From: Octopus bimaculoides
Lineage: Eukaryota
Length of the DNA stretch: 64,000 bases
NCBI RefSeq assembly: GCF_001194135.2
Contig: NC_068985.1
Span: 121,665,734 to 121,729,733 of the forward strand
Direction: 5' to 3'
Part shown: positions 49,201 through 61,002 of the stretch, piece by piece
Layout: each line of letters begins with the position of its first letter
How positions within the stretch are numbered: position 1 is the first letter of the stretch
Translations under genes and position numbers: made by a program
The notes under the pieces: generated by a model
Told to the model about the DNA's origin: nothing
The model's database searches: none
The model's input: only the letters and a program-made list of their open reading frames with translations

Positions 49201-50556
49201 ATGAGGTCTCTCTAGTTCAGCCTCATCAAGGACTATTAAACTCTCCTGTGTAGGTGCCATGAGAAAGTGCACCCTGGAAAGTGGTTGGCATTAAACAGGG
49301 CATCCAGCCATAGAAACCAAGCAAAATGACACATATCAGTAGCAACAGCTCCTAATGGGAAGGGACTCAGACCGTGATGACCTGTCCAACCTATGCCAGC
49401 AGGGAGGCAGACATAAAAATGATGATGGTCTGAACTGCACACATGTTGAAAATGTTTTATTAGAATTAAATTATTTGCAGCAATAAATATGCAGTTCTTT
49501 GTTCTATTTAATCAAGTTTGTATATATTTCTCATTTCATTTCAGACACATCTTTGAAGATGCAATGTTTTCAGGCCTGTATGGTTTGAGAAATTTTTGAG
49601 ACTATCTTGTTCATTATAGAACAGAAGGTTATAAAAATCTCTTTAGCATATTGCACTCATTTGATGACTCTTTTGTTCAACTTCCAATTCTTCCTTTTCT
49701 TTGGTTGTATGTTTTAACTGAAGTTTGCTTTACACCTTCTTCCCTTCCCCATCCCAAATATATTGTTTCCATTGTAAATCATTTACAGGATATGAAAATA
49801 CAACAAAGCTGTCATATTTCCCACAACTTGTTTCCCTATTTCTTTTTGTCTGGCTATCTATGGCTAACTTTCTTTGCTTCCAATATTATACATTCGTTCA
49901 TAAACATCTTTTGATCTACCTTCTCTTCCATTCACTTCTTTTCTCTCAGTTCAACCACTGTGCTTGTATTACCTTTAATTTGTGATTTATACTTCTATCA
50001 ACCATTATATTTACTTAATCTGCTTGTGTATTTAAATAACAAAATATTCAATTTTGTAGGCTTCAATGTCACCAAAAGTTTATAACTGTTTAAGCCAGCA
50101 AGTCTTTTTAAGAAAAATAAGGATGTGTTTTGAATAAACAGCAATTAGTTTATTTCATGTTAAGTATGATGATAAACATATTCCTATACATACACATTAT
50201 TGTCTGAGAAGAGGAGTAAGTATATGAGAGAGAGATAAAGTGAACGATTAATGAAAATCTGAAGAAAAAGAAAGAGTTTAATGTCACAAACAGACATGTT
50301 TTAAGTTTCTGTACCTCCCACCAAACACTCCTCAACTGCCTGTCTTCTCTCAACTCCTACATTACAACACTTAGTGTTTCTCCATATCTTTTCTTGACTT
50401 ATCTCTGTTCTGCATATGAACCAGTTTGTAAAATCTAGTAAAGATTTGTTGAAATATGATGTTACTTCAAAACCAACTGAAACTGAATGACCTGAGACTA
50501 TAGTAGAAGATACTTGTCCCAGGTACTGCACATATATACATACACATATTTATGTA

Positions 50557-50605
<49 letters not shown>

Positions 50606-53600
50606 ACATCATTTCACATTCACAGCTCATGCTGGCATGAGAACACACGCACATACATACGGTAACTCAGAACAAGACAAAAAAAAAAAAAAAATCACCA
50701 GACCAAAAACAGCCCCTGAAAAAAGTAAACACTTCCAACTAGATACATGAAAGAAATAAGATTTAATTAAATTACCATCAGCCCTAATGTGACCTTAGAA
50801 ACAACTGCATATCAGAATGAGGTGGCCTTCACCTATGCTACCCACAACAAGCCCCAAGTGTTTGACTGTGGGCCTTCCAGCCAGTAACACCTCAATGATG
50901 TTCCAAACACATCAGTTCAGGAGATTCAAACCAGAAAAGCTAGGAGACCATTTGGCCTGGAGTGGGGAAGGAAAAAATGTATGATCATATGACTCCCCTG
51001 AGTTTTCCTGGACATGAACAGGCCTCTACTTGCCATGTAGAACTTGTACCCGATGTCCTCATGTGAAATGCACTGGAGAGAAGACTCTACCATTTCAAGT
51101 AGCAGTGAAATAGTCCTAAAAGACCAGGTAGTGTTGTTGTTCATGGCTGGAACCATCCTGATAATGTCTGATAACTGAGAATATATTTTCCTAAGACCAC
51201 AGATAACATGTCCCCACCAAAGGCCACCAGTTCCTTCCTGACTATAAACATGAAGGCCACATTGAATAAGCTGAACATTTCTGAGTTGCAGTGGTTGGCA
51301 GCTAGAAACATGAGCACAGTGTGCCATTTCATTTCCAGTGTAAGATTGTAATCTGTTACGTTGGTGCCGATGATAAGCCTGTAAGAGAAATGAGGAGTTA
51401 AAATTTGGTACAAGCCATATAACATTACAAGGTTTCCTTCCATTTATGGCCAGCAAAAGTTTTTTACAAGCACTTAGTACATTCTTTGCATGTGTGTGTG
51501 TGTGTGTGCACGCGCGCGTATATTACATACCATAAATAATGCTGAATATTCATATTTAGTACCTCGCACCCACAATGTATATTGGTTCAACATAAAAAGT
51601 ACAATTACTGTATAAAAGACATCTCATATGAGATAATGGAGTTGAAAACTAATGGAGAACTATATAAGCAAAGAAATTACAAGTTTAACTAACGTGACAA
51701 ACTGATGGAGAGCTGTAAGGCAAATATGAACAAGAATATATAATGTTGGAAATTTTCTAATACAACATAATGTTAGTGTAATAATTTAACCATATAAAAG
51801 AGTAAAGCTGGAACACAAGACCCACCCAAATGGCTATCGACCATTCCAACTCCAAATCCCTCACAATGAAAGGAAGCCTTCTAGTGCATCATGTATAAGA
51901 TATTTGTTGTCTTTTCTTACAGGGTCATTGTGCTACAATGATATAACATGAGAAATCTATCTCTCTCACCATACCCACTTCTATATATTGAAATTTCCCA
52001 TCAACTGTACCTCCAACCTTGTCTATCAATCATTACATTCACCTCTACCCCCATCTTTAACCATCTATTATTCTCCTTTCACACTTTTATGAAAATACCC
52101 ACTCTCTCCCCCNNNNNNNNNNCCCCCCGGTCCACTGCATTCTCTCGTACTCTGAAAATTTGCTCTGACACTCCATCACTATCATCTTTATCTTTTTCAA
52201 TCTACTCTCACCCACTCCATGTGTGATAGACATGTATCTTCTCTATAGCAAGACACCTATCCTTGTCCCTCTATAATATTTTAGCTTTAAACACCTGGCA
52301 TAAAGCCACCTCGCCTCCTCAAATACCCACACTTCCATGTCAGCAGTGGGAGCTTTTTACTTTTTCATTTTACACCTGTTTTTGTTTATCAAGTTACTTT
52401 GCAACCTCACTAGTGCCAGTGGTATGGAAAAAAAAAACACTCAGTACCCACTATAAAGTACTTGGTGTTAGGAAGGGCATCCAACCAACAAACTAAGCCA
52501 AAGCTGACACTGGAGCTTGGCATAGTTCTGCAGTTTGCCAGATCCTGTCAAACTGTTCAATCTATGCCAGCATAGAAAACAGGTCAAATGATGACGATGG
52601 TGATAATGTTAAACTTGTAAAAGAAAATATGTGGCAGAATAAACAGTTCCTTATTTAACAAAATTATCCAGGATAAAAGCAAATAACCATAAGAACATGT
52701 TTGAAGTGAAGTTACATTATCAAATCTTTCCAATTAGCCAACATCTCTAAAAAAAAAAAAAAAATAATAATAAATGCTGTTGAGCATTTAACTACAGCAA
52801 GATATACCAACTCACTTCTGAGAAATGAGAAAAACTCATTAAATTTGTTGCCCTGCATTCCAAAAATGCATCTTGCACAGGGGTATCTTATCGGTATTAC
52901 ATTTTTCTCTGTCCTTAAGTTCATTATCATATTTGCTTGTAAAATATATTCACAGAAGTAAAACATAGAAACAAATAACTTACAACTGTGGACAAAGTAT
53001 AATTAACTATATCAGCAATGAATTGGATCTCCTCAATTGATAGTCCAAGGACATTTAAATGACAATTGTTTAGTCAGAAAAGCGCATTCAAAACAAGTAA
53101 CATCTGTGCTTTAATAAGAAAACTTTACAATCTGACAATATAGACTATGTAGCCTTGTGACAGATGCAAGTGCATTAGCAAGGATTATCACATATGATGG
53201 ATATTTTAAAAAGAGAGAGGACATGAAATAATACTTCAAGAATGTGAAATACAATATATGGTAATCACAGCTCTCATCATACAAACATACTGCTTACCTA
53301 AATTAATAAAGCAGTCTACCAAATACAATCACATGGCTTAGGTTGGTCTGGAGAACTATGGCAGAAGACAGAAGACACTTGCTCAAGGGGCCACATAGTG
53401 GGACTAACTTTGAAGCTGGTAAGTGAACTTCTTTACCACAAAGTTATACATACATACACACACGTGTAGGTGTGATGCATGTATTATGTGTTGGTTTACA
53501 TCTACAATTAAATAAAGGCTGTCAGGTACAGGCAGTTCTGCCAACAAATCATTTGCTCCCTTCATACTTTGAAGCCATATGGGGTAAGAAAACCCTTACT

Positions 53601-56600
53601 AGATAAACAGATACAGGTTAGCAACAAGAGCATCCTGCTGACAACTGCCTCAATAACATTCATCGAACCAATGCAAACATGGAAAAATGGACATAAAATG
53701 AACAAAGGAATACACACAGGTATATACATACATACACACACACAGACAAGTATATATTGGGTGACCCCATAAATAATGCGGTTTTTTAATACATCTTTTA
53801 TTTTTCAAAATAAAGATAAACAAAGTTCTTTTTTGACTTAAAATATACTCCCCATTTTCTACAATGCTCTTCTATCTATTTGGTAGATTTGCAAGGCTCT
53901 TCTTACAAAATTCACTTGTCCGTGACGGAAAATACTCCTCCAGTACTGTTCTGACCTCGTCTACAAAATTCATATTTTTTCTGTCCAAATGAGTTTGAAG
54001 ACTACAGAATAAATGATAATTAGATGAGGCAATGTCTGACGAATATGGTGGGTGGGGCATCGTTTCCCATTCAAGCTGCTGCAGCCTTTGGAATGTCATC
54101 CTCACTGTATGTGGCCAAGCATTATCTTGATGGAAGAACACCTTTCATCGTGAAACCAAAGATAGTGTAGTCAGCACTAGAAGGAAAAGGACTGAGTGGT
54201 TAAATGACCAAATCCAAGCTTCTTTTCTAGTTCTTGAACAGTTACGATAGGATTTTGCTCCACCAGGGTTTGCAGGACATCTTTGTTGAGCTCTACAGAT
54301 CTTCCGGGATGAAACTCATCTTCTAGGCTGTAGTTTCTGACACTGAATTTCTGGAATCACTGCTGACACTGGCTTACGCTTGTTGTCCAATCCCCATATA
54401 CTGCATTAACATTCCTCGCACTTTCCATTGCGTTGTTGCCTTTATTGAACTCATAAAACAAAATATGCCAAATATGCTCCTTTGTCACTTCCATTATAGC
54501 TTTGAAAGAATAACTGTTAAAATCAAACTGCACTCTTCAAAACTTGCACTAAGAATAAGAACAAGGTAAAATAACTACCTGCTTTTATAACAAGTTGATG
54601 CAGGTATTTTATCCTGTCCCCCTCCAACTTTTAGTTCATGCAATTGAAAAAAACCCACGTTATTTATAAGATGACCCAATACACACACAAACACCAGTGT
54701 TTACTCATGTACATAGAGTAAAGAACACACACACACACACAGAAAAGATATACATAATTCAAATCAAACAAAGACACATAAACCCCGCAAAAAATTACAA
54801 AATTTAGCAGGTAAACTTTTTTCCTGTAAACATTAGTTCTGATTTTATAACCTGCTCTATTTCCCCTTAAAAATTTAAACAGATAATTTGTGGATGTGTG
54901 TGTTTATATGACTTCCATAAGCTTTTTGCAATAAATACATGATTTACTAAATTATTGTAGACCTATTTCTAATTTCAAGACGGTCCCTTCTCAGTTCCTC
55001 TAAAACTTAATAATGAAACTCAATATCTAGATATTTTACATGAATCATAAGTTAACTTCCCCAAATCAGGTAAACAACTGGAATAAGGTTGTCAAAACTG
55101 CTAATAAAATTTAATTTCTCTTCCATCAAAGAGAAATATCTATTTCTTAAAATCATATTGGGTTGGCAACTAAGTTCCCACTGTTTCTTTTAAATTTTAT
55201 AATTTATTGCATTTTTAAATTTTGGAATCTATCTTTTTCAAGAATTCTATTTTGAATCACTTTGGAATCTATTTTGTTTTCTTTCTAGTTAATTTTAGTT
55301 AATTTTTGTTTATTTTCAGACTGTTAAAATGGAATGTCAAGTTAAGAAAAACGAGCATTTTCTACACCTCCTTTTTGCTTTTAATCAAGGTTCTAAGGCT
55401 GCAAAAGCTGCTCACGACATTTGTGCTGTGTATGGAGAGGGTGCCATAGCTGAAAGAACCACTCGTGATTGGTATACCAAGTTCAAAAATGGAAATTTTG
55501 ACCTCAAAGACGCACCTCGTTCTGACCATCCAGTTGAGTTTGATGAAGAGCAATTAAACCAACTTTTGCATGAATATTCTCATCAAACAACAAGGGAACT
55601 GGCAGAGAAAATGGAATGCTCCCACACTGCTATAGAGAAGCATTTTCACTCAATGGGAAAGGTTCAGAAGTATGGAGCATGGGTTCCGCATGCTTTGAGT
55701 GACAACAACAAAAATCAAAGAGCCACAATCTCCGCTGGTTTACTTGCTTGTCACTGCTCAATTCATGGACACAAACAATGATTTCTTCACCGAATCATTA
55801 CTGGCGAAGAAAAATGGTGCCTGTACATCAATATGAAGCAGTGTAAGGTATGGCTTAGCCCTGGTAAACAAGCGACACCGTCCATGAAACAAGATCTTCA
55901 TCTGCATAAAACGATGTTGTGCGTATGGTGGGACTGGGAAGGGATTATCCATTACGAATTGCTTGAATGGAACCAAACAGTCAACACGGAACTCCATGTT
56001 CAACAGATGGAACAACTCAACACGGCTATTCAAGAGAAAAGACCTAATCGGCAGCATGGAGTTCTTCTGCTGCACGATGACACCCGCCCTCATATCACCA
56101 ATATGACCTAGGAAACCATTGAAACACATGGCTGGNNNNNNNNNNNNNNNNNNNNNNNNNNNNNNNNNNNNNNNNNNNNNNNNNNNNNNNNNNNNNNNNN
56201 NNNNNNNNNNNNNNNNNNNNNNNNNNNNNNNNNNNNNNNNNNNNNNNNNNNNNNNNNNNNNNNNNNNNNNNNNNNNNNNNNNNNNNNNNNNNNNNNNNNN
56301 NNNNNNNNNNNNNNNNNNNNNNNNNNNNNNNNNNNNNNNNNNNNNNNNNNNNNNNNNNNNNNNNNNNNNNNNNNNNNNNNNNNNNNNNNNNNNNNNNNNN
56401 NNNNNNNNNNNNNNNNNNNNNNNNNNNNNNNNNNNNNNNNNNNNNNNNNNNNNNNNNNNNNNNNNNTCTACAAACCAACAAAGCCTACAACATCAAGTTT
56501 GCACTTTTTGCAGTTATATGGAAGATGAAGGCTACAACTTTGACAAATGGTTGAAAAGTTGTATAATATTGAAATCAATTTGAATTTTAAAAGATTTGAG

Positions 56601-59600
56601 ATAAATTTCCTTTGGCACTCTTTGTAAATGTTAGCAAAAGGAAACAATGGAAAATGACTTTCAGGAACGGCTATCAAATTGTCATTCATAAAGAAATTGT
56701 AATCAAATCACAAGACAGGAAAAAAAAAAAAAAAAAGAAGATTCTCATAGACATTACCACTCACTACATAGAGACTATCATTTACTATGAACATTTTCAA
56801 AGTTTATATTGAACACTTTTGGACTTTTTTTGAAGCAGTCACTTTCAACAGGCTGCATAACTGCCTACAAGCAATCTGACAATATCACTCACTTGTACAC
56901 ATTTTAGAAGAGTCTGATGATTTCCTGTCACTCTACCTTCAGATGCAGAATAAACACTACTGTAGAGTTATAGCAAAATACTCAACTACATATTCTTTAT
57001 CATAATTTAGTAATTTTAAATTGTGTAGTAGTGTATATTATACTAAAGCTCTCTTATTTTATATTACAAAATAGTGAACAATTATTACTAGGTTACCTGA
57101 TTTATCATATTTTCCATATTAACAGACACTGTCTTCCCTATTAGTCCATGATTCACACATTCAAATGACTAAGATATATAATTTTAGTTTCATCCATGTT
57201 TCCATGTCGGAGAGAAAGACAGTCACCTTTTTATTTCTTAAGTATATATATTTTTTTAATCATTAACTTAATACCTAGGTATTTTACATGTTTGTAGGTT
57301 AGCTCACAAAAACAGCAGGCAAAACAAGTAATTCAATTTCTGCTCTATTAATAAAGGATATACAACATACATGCACACACTATTCAGTTATTCAACTTGA
57401 GAATTAAATGTTCAACAAGGAAGAATTCCTGACAATATATTATCTATCTACCAAGTAAAAAAAACCCAAAAAAACTAAGCATGTCAATATTACCAGTGCT
57501 GTTTTAATTTTGTACTATTAATACACATTGATACATTTAATCAACCTAACTGGGTTTTAGTGGAGAAAATAATATTTGCTTCCTTGAAAGATAACTGTTT
57601 CAAAATCTAAGTGTTGAGTAAATCAAACTTTCTAATGGTGACATACACACATAAACAGCCACACATTAAAAAAAAAAAAGTTCGATGAGAATAATCTGAA
57701 AAACAAATGTTGTGATGGTGACGTTTATGAATACCTTTCCTCTGGTTACACCATAGGTGGCCCTGGCTCCAGCCCAAGTGAAACAGAACCCATCTGGCTC
57801 AGTCAAACTCTTTGCTCCATAGCTAGATAAAAATATACATATAACAATACAAATCCATGTGGCAAAATACATAACCTATATCTAAAAATATAGCAATACA
57901 ATAAAATATATATTTGTACAAATCAAATTAAAGTTAAACTAAGCTTGATTCAAATTACTTTGTTACTATAAACATGTCAGCATACTTTGAGCAATTAAAT
58001 GGTGTAGTGCTTAATGCATAGTGTCTTCTAGAGGATTTACTGACAGGCTAGATTTTGTTTAGGTAGATAACCTGCTAGAAGAACATTACTTGAATCATGG
58101 CTAACACAACTTGAAAATGAGATATATATTGACAGTTAAAATTTGCTATATCTCATGAATCCATTGTACTACATTAAGATTGACTTTTAAATTTGTTTAA
58201 GCTATTATTAATATAATTACTACACAAGCAAACATAAAATATTACTTGTAGAATAGTAACATTAAGCTGAAATAGAATTTAGTAAAATTACTTAAAATGT
58301 ACATTGATCAAAGCTACAACCTTGCTACAATACCAAGGACATAGCGTAAGTCTTGGAATATTTAAAACTGTTAGAAATTTTTTTTAAATAATTGTAAGAT
58401 AAACTGACAAGGTTTGTTATTCAAAAGAATGTAAATACAACAAATTGAACACAAAGGTTTCATTACTGTATTATTAACAATTACAGGGGATAGAAAGTTT
58501 CAAAGAGGAAAACATACTAATAACTATTCAAAGTATAAAATTAGGTAGAATTGTAATTTTAGAATATAAATATCATTTATTATATCACAAGACATTTTTG
58601 TATGTTTATTATCAACTTGAATCACAGATAAATATGTCTTATTCATTCATTACACTGTAGCAAACCACTTGAAACTAAAGCTTTCGAGTATCATTCATTA
58701 ACTACTCCATTAATTATTAATCTTACTGAATAGATGTTTGAGTAGAAAAGCAAACGTTTTCAAAGAATAACATTAATAACAACTATGTGAAAACTTAGTT
58801 CATTTAACACAATATATTTAACCCTTTTGACACCAACCTGTGTGAGACCAAATGTTCTACAATACAAATTTCCTATTTCAAAGTGGTCTTGGTTAAAACC
58901 TGCCATTAAAATTTCATGCTAATTTATGTTCCAAATTAATTATTAATGACAAAGTTATTCAACTAAATTCTTCATTTTCCTCAAAATTAATTAAAATGGA
59001 GGTATTGTATTTCAACAGAAATATGATAATAGGAATAATGATATTAAGAGGACAAATATGAAAGAATCAGCTGAAAACTTTTAACGTAAAATGATAAACA
59101 TTATATCATCAATGACAAAAAGTAAAAGCAACAAGCCCACTGACAAAAGTCGATAACGCAGTGGTCAGGCAAGTGAAAAGCACACAGTTAAGTACCATCA
59201 GAGGACTTGTTCTCCATCTCAAATCAGTACTTATAATGTATAATATCATACAGAATTTTGTCAGTGAACAGGCCGCGGTCTCAAAGCGACGAAAATATTT
59301 TGGCAAATTAAATTTAAATGTTGAAGTGATCTAATGGCTTTTGTGTGTTTCCTAAATGGCTTATAAACACCTTCCATGCTGCAATTGTTTTTGTTCCAAC
59401 ACACGATCTCAGATCAGGTCACTTGCTATGCAAGTACATCTCCGTGTATATGTGTATGTATGTGTATATATATATATATATATATAAATTTTCAGTAAAT
59501 TTTGTAAGGCCTAAAGACAGAGTCATTATTTGAATTTATTTTTGTTTCGGTGTGAGTGCACTTCTAGATTCAAATACCCTTGTAAAATTCAATTATGAAT

Positions 59601-60336
59601 TTATAGTTAAAACCATTTACCAGATTCATATTGACATTTTACTCAGTTATATATTTGCAAATGAAGACCCAATCTTTGAATGGATATATTTTCCTTCTGG
59701 TATTTCATGAAATACCAGAAACAGTTTATGGATTCAAGTTGATTTTTTTTTTTTTTTTTTAACAGTGGAAAATATAGTCCTTTAATTTAATACAATTTAT
59801 TACAAAAAAGTCACTGTTCAGTTATGTAGGTCTGTGATTACTGAAGAATTAGAGAAATTGTAGCAAATAACTTTTTCAAAGTATATTAGTAATTCCTAAT
59901 AAGTTAGCTGGCACCTTTTGTGAGGATGACATTTGATATGAAGGTTGAAGGAATGTGTGTATAAACATTCATACATATATCTATACACACACATACAAGT
60001 GTGTTTAGCTATATATACATATACTCACATTTATACATATGTACATGTGTATATATACACAAGCAATGTCAAACTTTTCCATGTAAAAATGAATACGTAT
60101 ACTCTACTAAAAAGTAGTGAGTAATCCTTCAGTTTAATATTAAATTGTTCTTATATATAACTTCACTTAAAAACAAAATGTATATATAGGTATACATATG
60201 AATGTGTATGTATAAATGTATATGATAGCCCTATAGTGAAGGAAGAATGGAAGTGCACAGTTACAAATGTGCTCAAACACAGCAGGAATCTTGTCCTAAC
60301 ATCCATTGCTGTTGTGTCTTCCTATGACAGGGATGT

Positions 60337-60371
<35 letters not shown>

Positions 60372-60413
60372 AAAACATGTACGTGCCCATGCACCTATGT
60401 GTGTTAGATATAT

Positions 60414-60464
<51 letters not shown>

Positions 60465-61002
60465 TTATGAAAAGAAAATCTAGAAGCAGAAACAACCAAT
60501 AAGTATTAATATTTTTTTACATCCAAAGTTCAAATTCCAGTGTGACCTACTCTGCCTTTCATCCCGCCAAGGTCAACAAAACAGGTACTGGGGGTCAATG
60601 TAATCAATTATACCTTAGAAAATAGTGACTAAAAATAATCACTGTTCAATAAATGAAACCAGTAAAAGAATATTCGAATATAATTTTTAATATAACCCAA
60701 TATTTTTAATATACTTGAAAATTCTTTTATTATCTGTTACTCTAAGATATCTATGTGAAAGAGAATAGTTAATCTAACTTGGAGAATTGTAATATAACTT
60801 GATAAGTCATGTAGTAAACAGAAACTGAAGAACAATAGGAAGCTAAAGTCCTTACCAATCAGCGTCAATAACTAAATTTAAATCGGAATTGTAAAAATCC
60901 AGAGCAGTGACTGCTTCATCAATTCTGGGTTCATCTGGTCCTACCTCAGCTTTGGCTGAAGGCTCCTGTTGTGGCCATTTTGAAGGTCCTCTTGTTGGAA
61001 TG
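24808..61002 (-). CDS. HNRNPUL1: hnRNP U-family protein (SPRY + P-loop/AAA_33 + long low-complexity C-terminus); 10 exons in window, 5'-incomplete
   Basis: Exons 60856-61002, 57735-57822, 39762-39882, 39365-39614, 38271-38400, 35103-35319, 33137-33301, 32541-32673, 30200-30272 and 24808-28251 all have AG/GT boundaries and matching phases. Total 4768 nt = 1 + 1589 codons including the stop. Peptides recall human hnRNPUL1/hnRNPU ([60 protein letters not shown]). Assignment to U vs UL1 vs UL2 is not resolved. Confidence 0.93.
28804..29888 (+). mobile_element. Internally deleted piggyBac element in the last intron, antisense to the host gene
   Basis: TTAA|CCCTTTC terminus at 28800-28810. ORF 29169-29810 has an acidic N-terminus, PLDYFLLLFP...ETNRYA, IMGI..L..I..YWS, MTR..F and P.FKIR.L (piggyBac N-terminal motifs); no DDD domain. 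The 3' end 'gggaaagag' is degenerate. Confidence 0.8.
30200..30272 (-). CDS. HNRNPUL1: hnRNPU-like small exon YNIEGKNKRPRDKMYKHDNRSAEQ
   Basis: atatttgcag|G...CAA|gttagt; 73 nt. It is required to restore phase into the last exon, and QYNxEG matches the family. Confidence 0.88.
30755..31440 (+). mobile_element. RTE LINE 3' fragment (coding + UTR)
   Basis: ARIRTGWAKFRELL.LL.TKGLSL.VKGRLYDACVRTAVLHGSETWAV; homologous to 13333-13893. Confidence 0.85.
32541..32673 (-). CDS. HNRNPUL1: hnRNPU-like exon [18 protein letters not shown]...KLVEQ
   Basis: ttgtttcag|GT...CA|gtgagt; 133 nt. Confidence 0.93.
33137..33301 (-). CDS. HNRNPUL1: hnRNPU-like exon [30 protein letters not shown]...KEDG
   Basis: ttctctag|CT...GATG|gtaggt; 165 nt; ILDQTNV (Walker B-like) motif of the family. 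Confidence 0.95.
35103..35319 (-). CDS. HNRNPUL1: hnRNPU-like exon with Walker A ([16 protein letters not shown]...)
   Basis: ttatatag|ATG...ATCG|gtatgt; 217 nt; GxxGxGKT P-loop; ORF 34996-35319. Confidence 0.95.
36641..36712 (+). promoter_or_regulatory. tRNA-like Pol III promoter (A/B box) segment inside the Penelope pseudo-LTR
   Basis: TGGCATAGTGG (A box) ... GAGTTCGATTCC (B box); an inverted copy lies at about 35903-35975. Confidence 0.55.
36780..36823 (+). ncRNA. Degenerate hammerhead motif in the pseudo-LTR
   Basis: ACAC-CUGAUGA-A-GGCAG(gagggtatat)CAGCC-AAA-AUGU-U-GUGU; stem I ACAC/GUGU is intact, but GAAAC has decayed to AAAAT, so it is probably inactive. Confidence 0.55.
38271..38400 (-). 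CDS. HNRNPUL1: hnRNPU-like exon FKVNFGQ...ERVRGSKCPNTKTECE (end of SPRY)
   Basis: ctcattctag|G...GAG|gttagt; 130 nt. Confidence 0.93.
38735..39040 (+). mobile_element. Degenerate SINE (family A-related)
   Basis: 'caccttgagcaagtgtc...gaaataagtactgg...gtcacagtccaataactaaaac' resembles the SINE core and tail. Confidence 0.55.
39365..39614 (-). CDS. HNRNPUL1: hnRNPU-like SPRY exon [16 protein letters not shown]...ALFPHILSKNC
   Basis: ttgtccag|GA...AA|gtaag; 250 nt; SPRY motifs YGETF.AGDVIGC and LFPHIL.KN. Confidence 0.95.
39762..39882 (-). CDS. HNRNPUL1: hnRNPU-like SPRY exon VFYEVHV...[18 protein letters not shown]
   Basis: ttccag|GTA...TTAG|gtatgg; 121 nt; matches ORF 39736-39954. Confidence 0.93.
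46920..47520 (-). mobile_element. Possible very old CR1/L2-group LINE fragment
   Basis: Weak recalled similarity (EISVL.GD, LAANH); shares LAANH with 50830-51450. Confidence 0.3.
50830..51450 (-). mobile_element. Possible very old CR1/L2-group LINE fragment
   Basis: GC-richer island; translations LAANHCNS..F.VRK, FRTISLL and GLLAFL loosely recall the linker/RT start of Crack/L2 LINEs. Confidence 0.3.
53757..54679 (-). mobile_element. Internally deleted mariner element with both TIRs
   Basis: TA|TTGGGTGACCCCATAAATAATGCGG ... ACGTTATTTATAAGATGACCCAA|TA; ORF 53872-54141 HQDNAWPH, HPPYSSDIA...YHLF.SLQ (DD34D C-terminus). Confidence 0.9.
55158..56135 (+). mobile_element. Mariner element, near-full-length transposase with premature stops; 3' end lost in gap
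   Basis: TA|TTGGGTTGGCAACTAAG TIR; ORFs 55329-55781 and 55833-56111 in one frame (WVPHAL, ITGEEKW, MLCVWWD..GIIHYELL, LLHDD.RPH). Confidence 0.92.
57735..57822 (-). CDS. HNRNPUL1: hnRNPU-like SPRY exon [29 protein letters not shown]
   Basis: tttatctag|C...AAG|gtattc; 88 nt; phase fits both neighbours. Confidence 0.92.
58820..59080 (+). mobile_element. Degenerate piggyBac-type MITE
   Basis: Begins TTAA|CCCTTTTG; 3' terminus not clear. Confidence 0.35.
60856..61002 (-). CDS. HNRNPUL1: hnRNPU-like exon (first found in window): ...GPDEPRIDEAVTALDFYNSDLNLVIDAD, start of SPRY region
   Basis: Acceptor tttttcctatcacag|C, donor TG|gtaag. DFYNSDL resembles the DTYNCDL motif preceding SPRY. An alternative in-frame acceptor lies at 61029. 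Confidence 0.85.
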
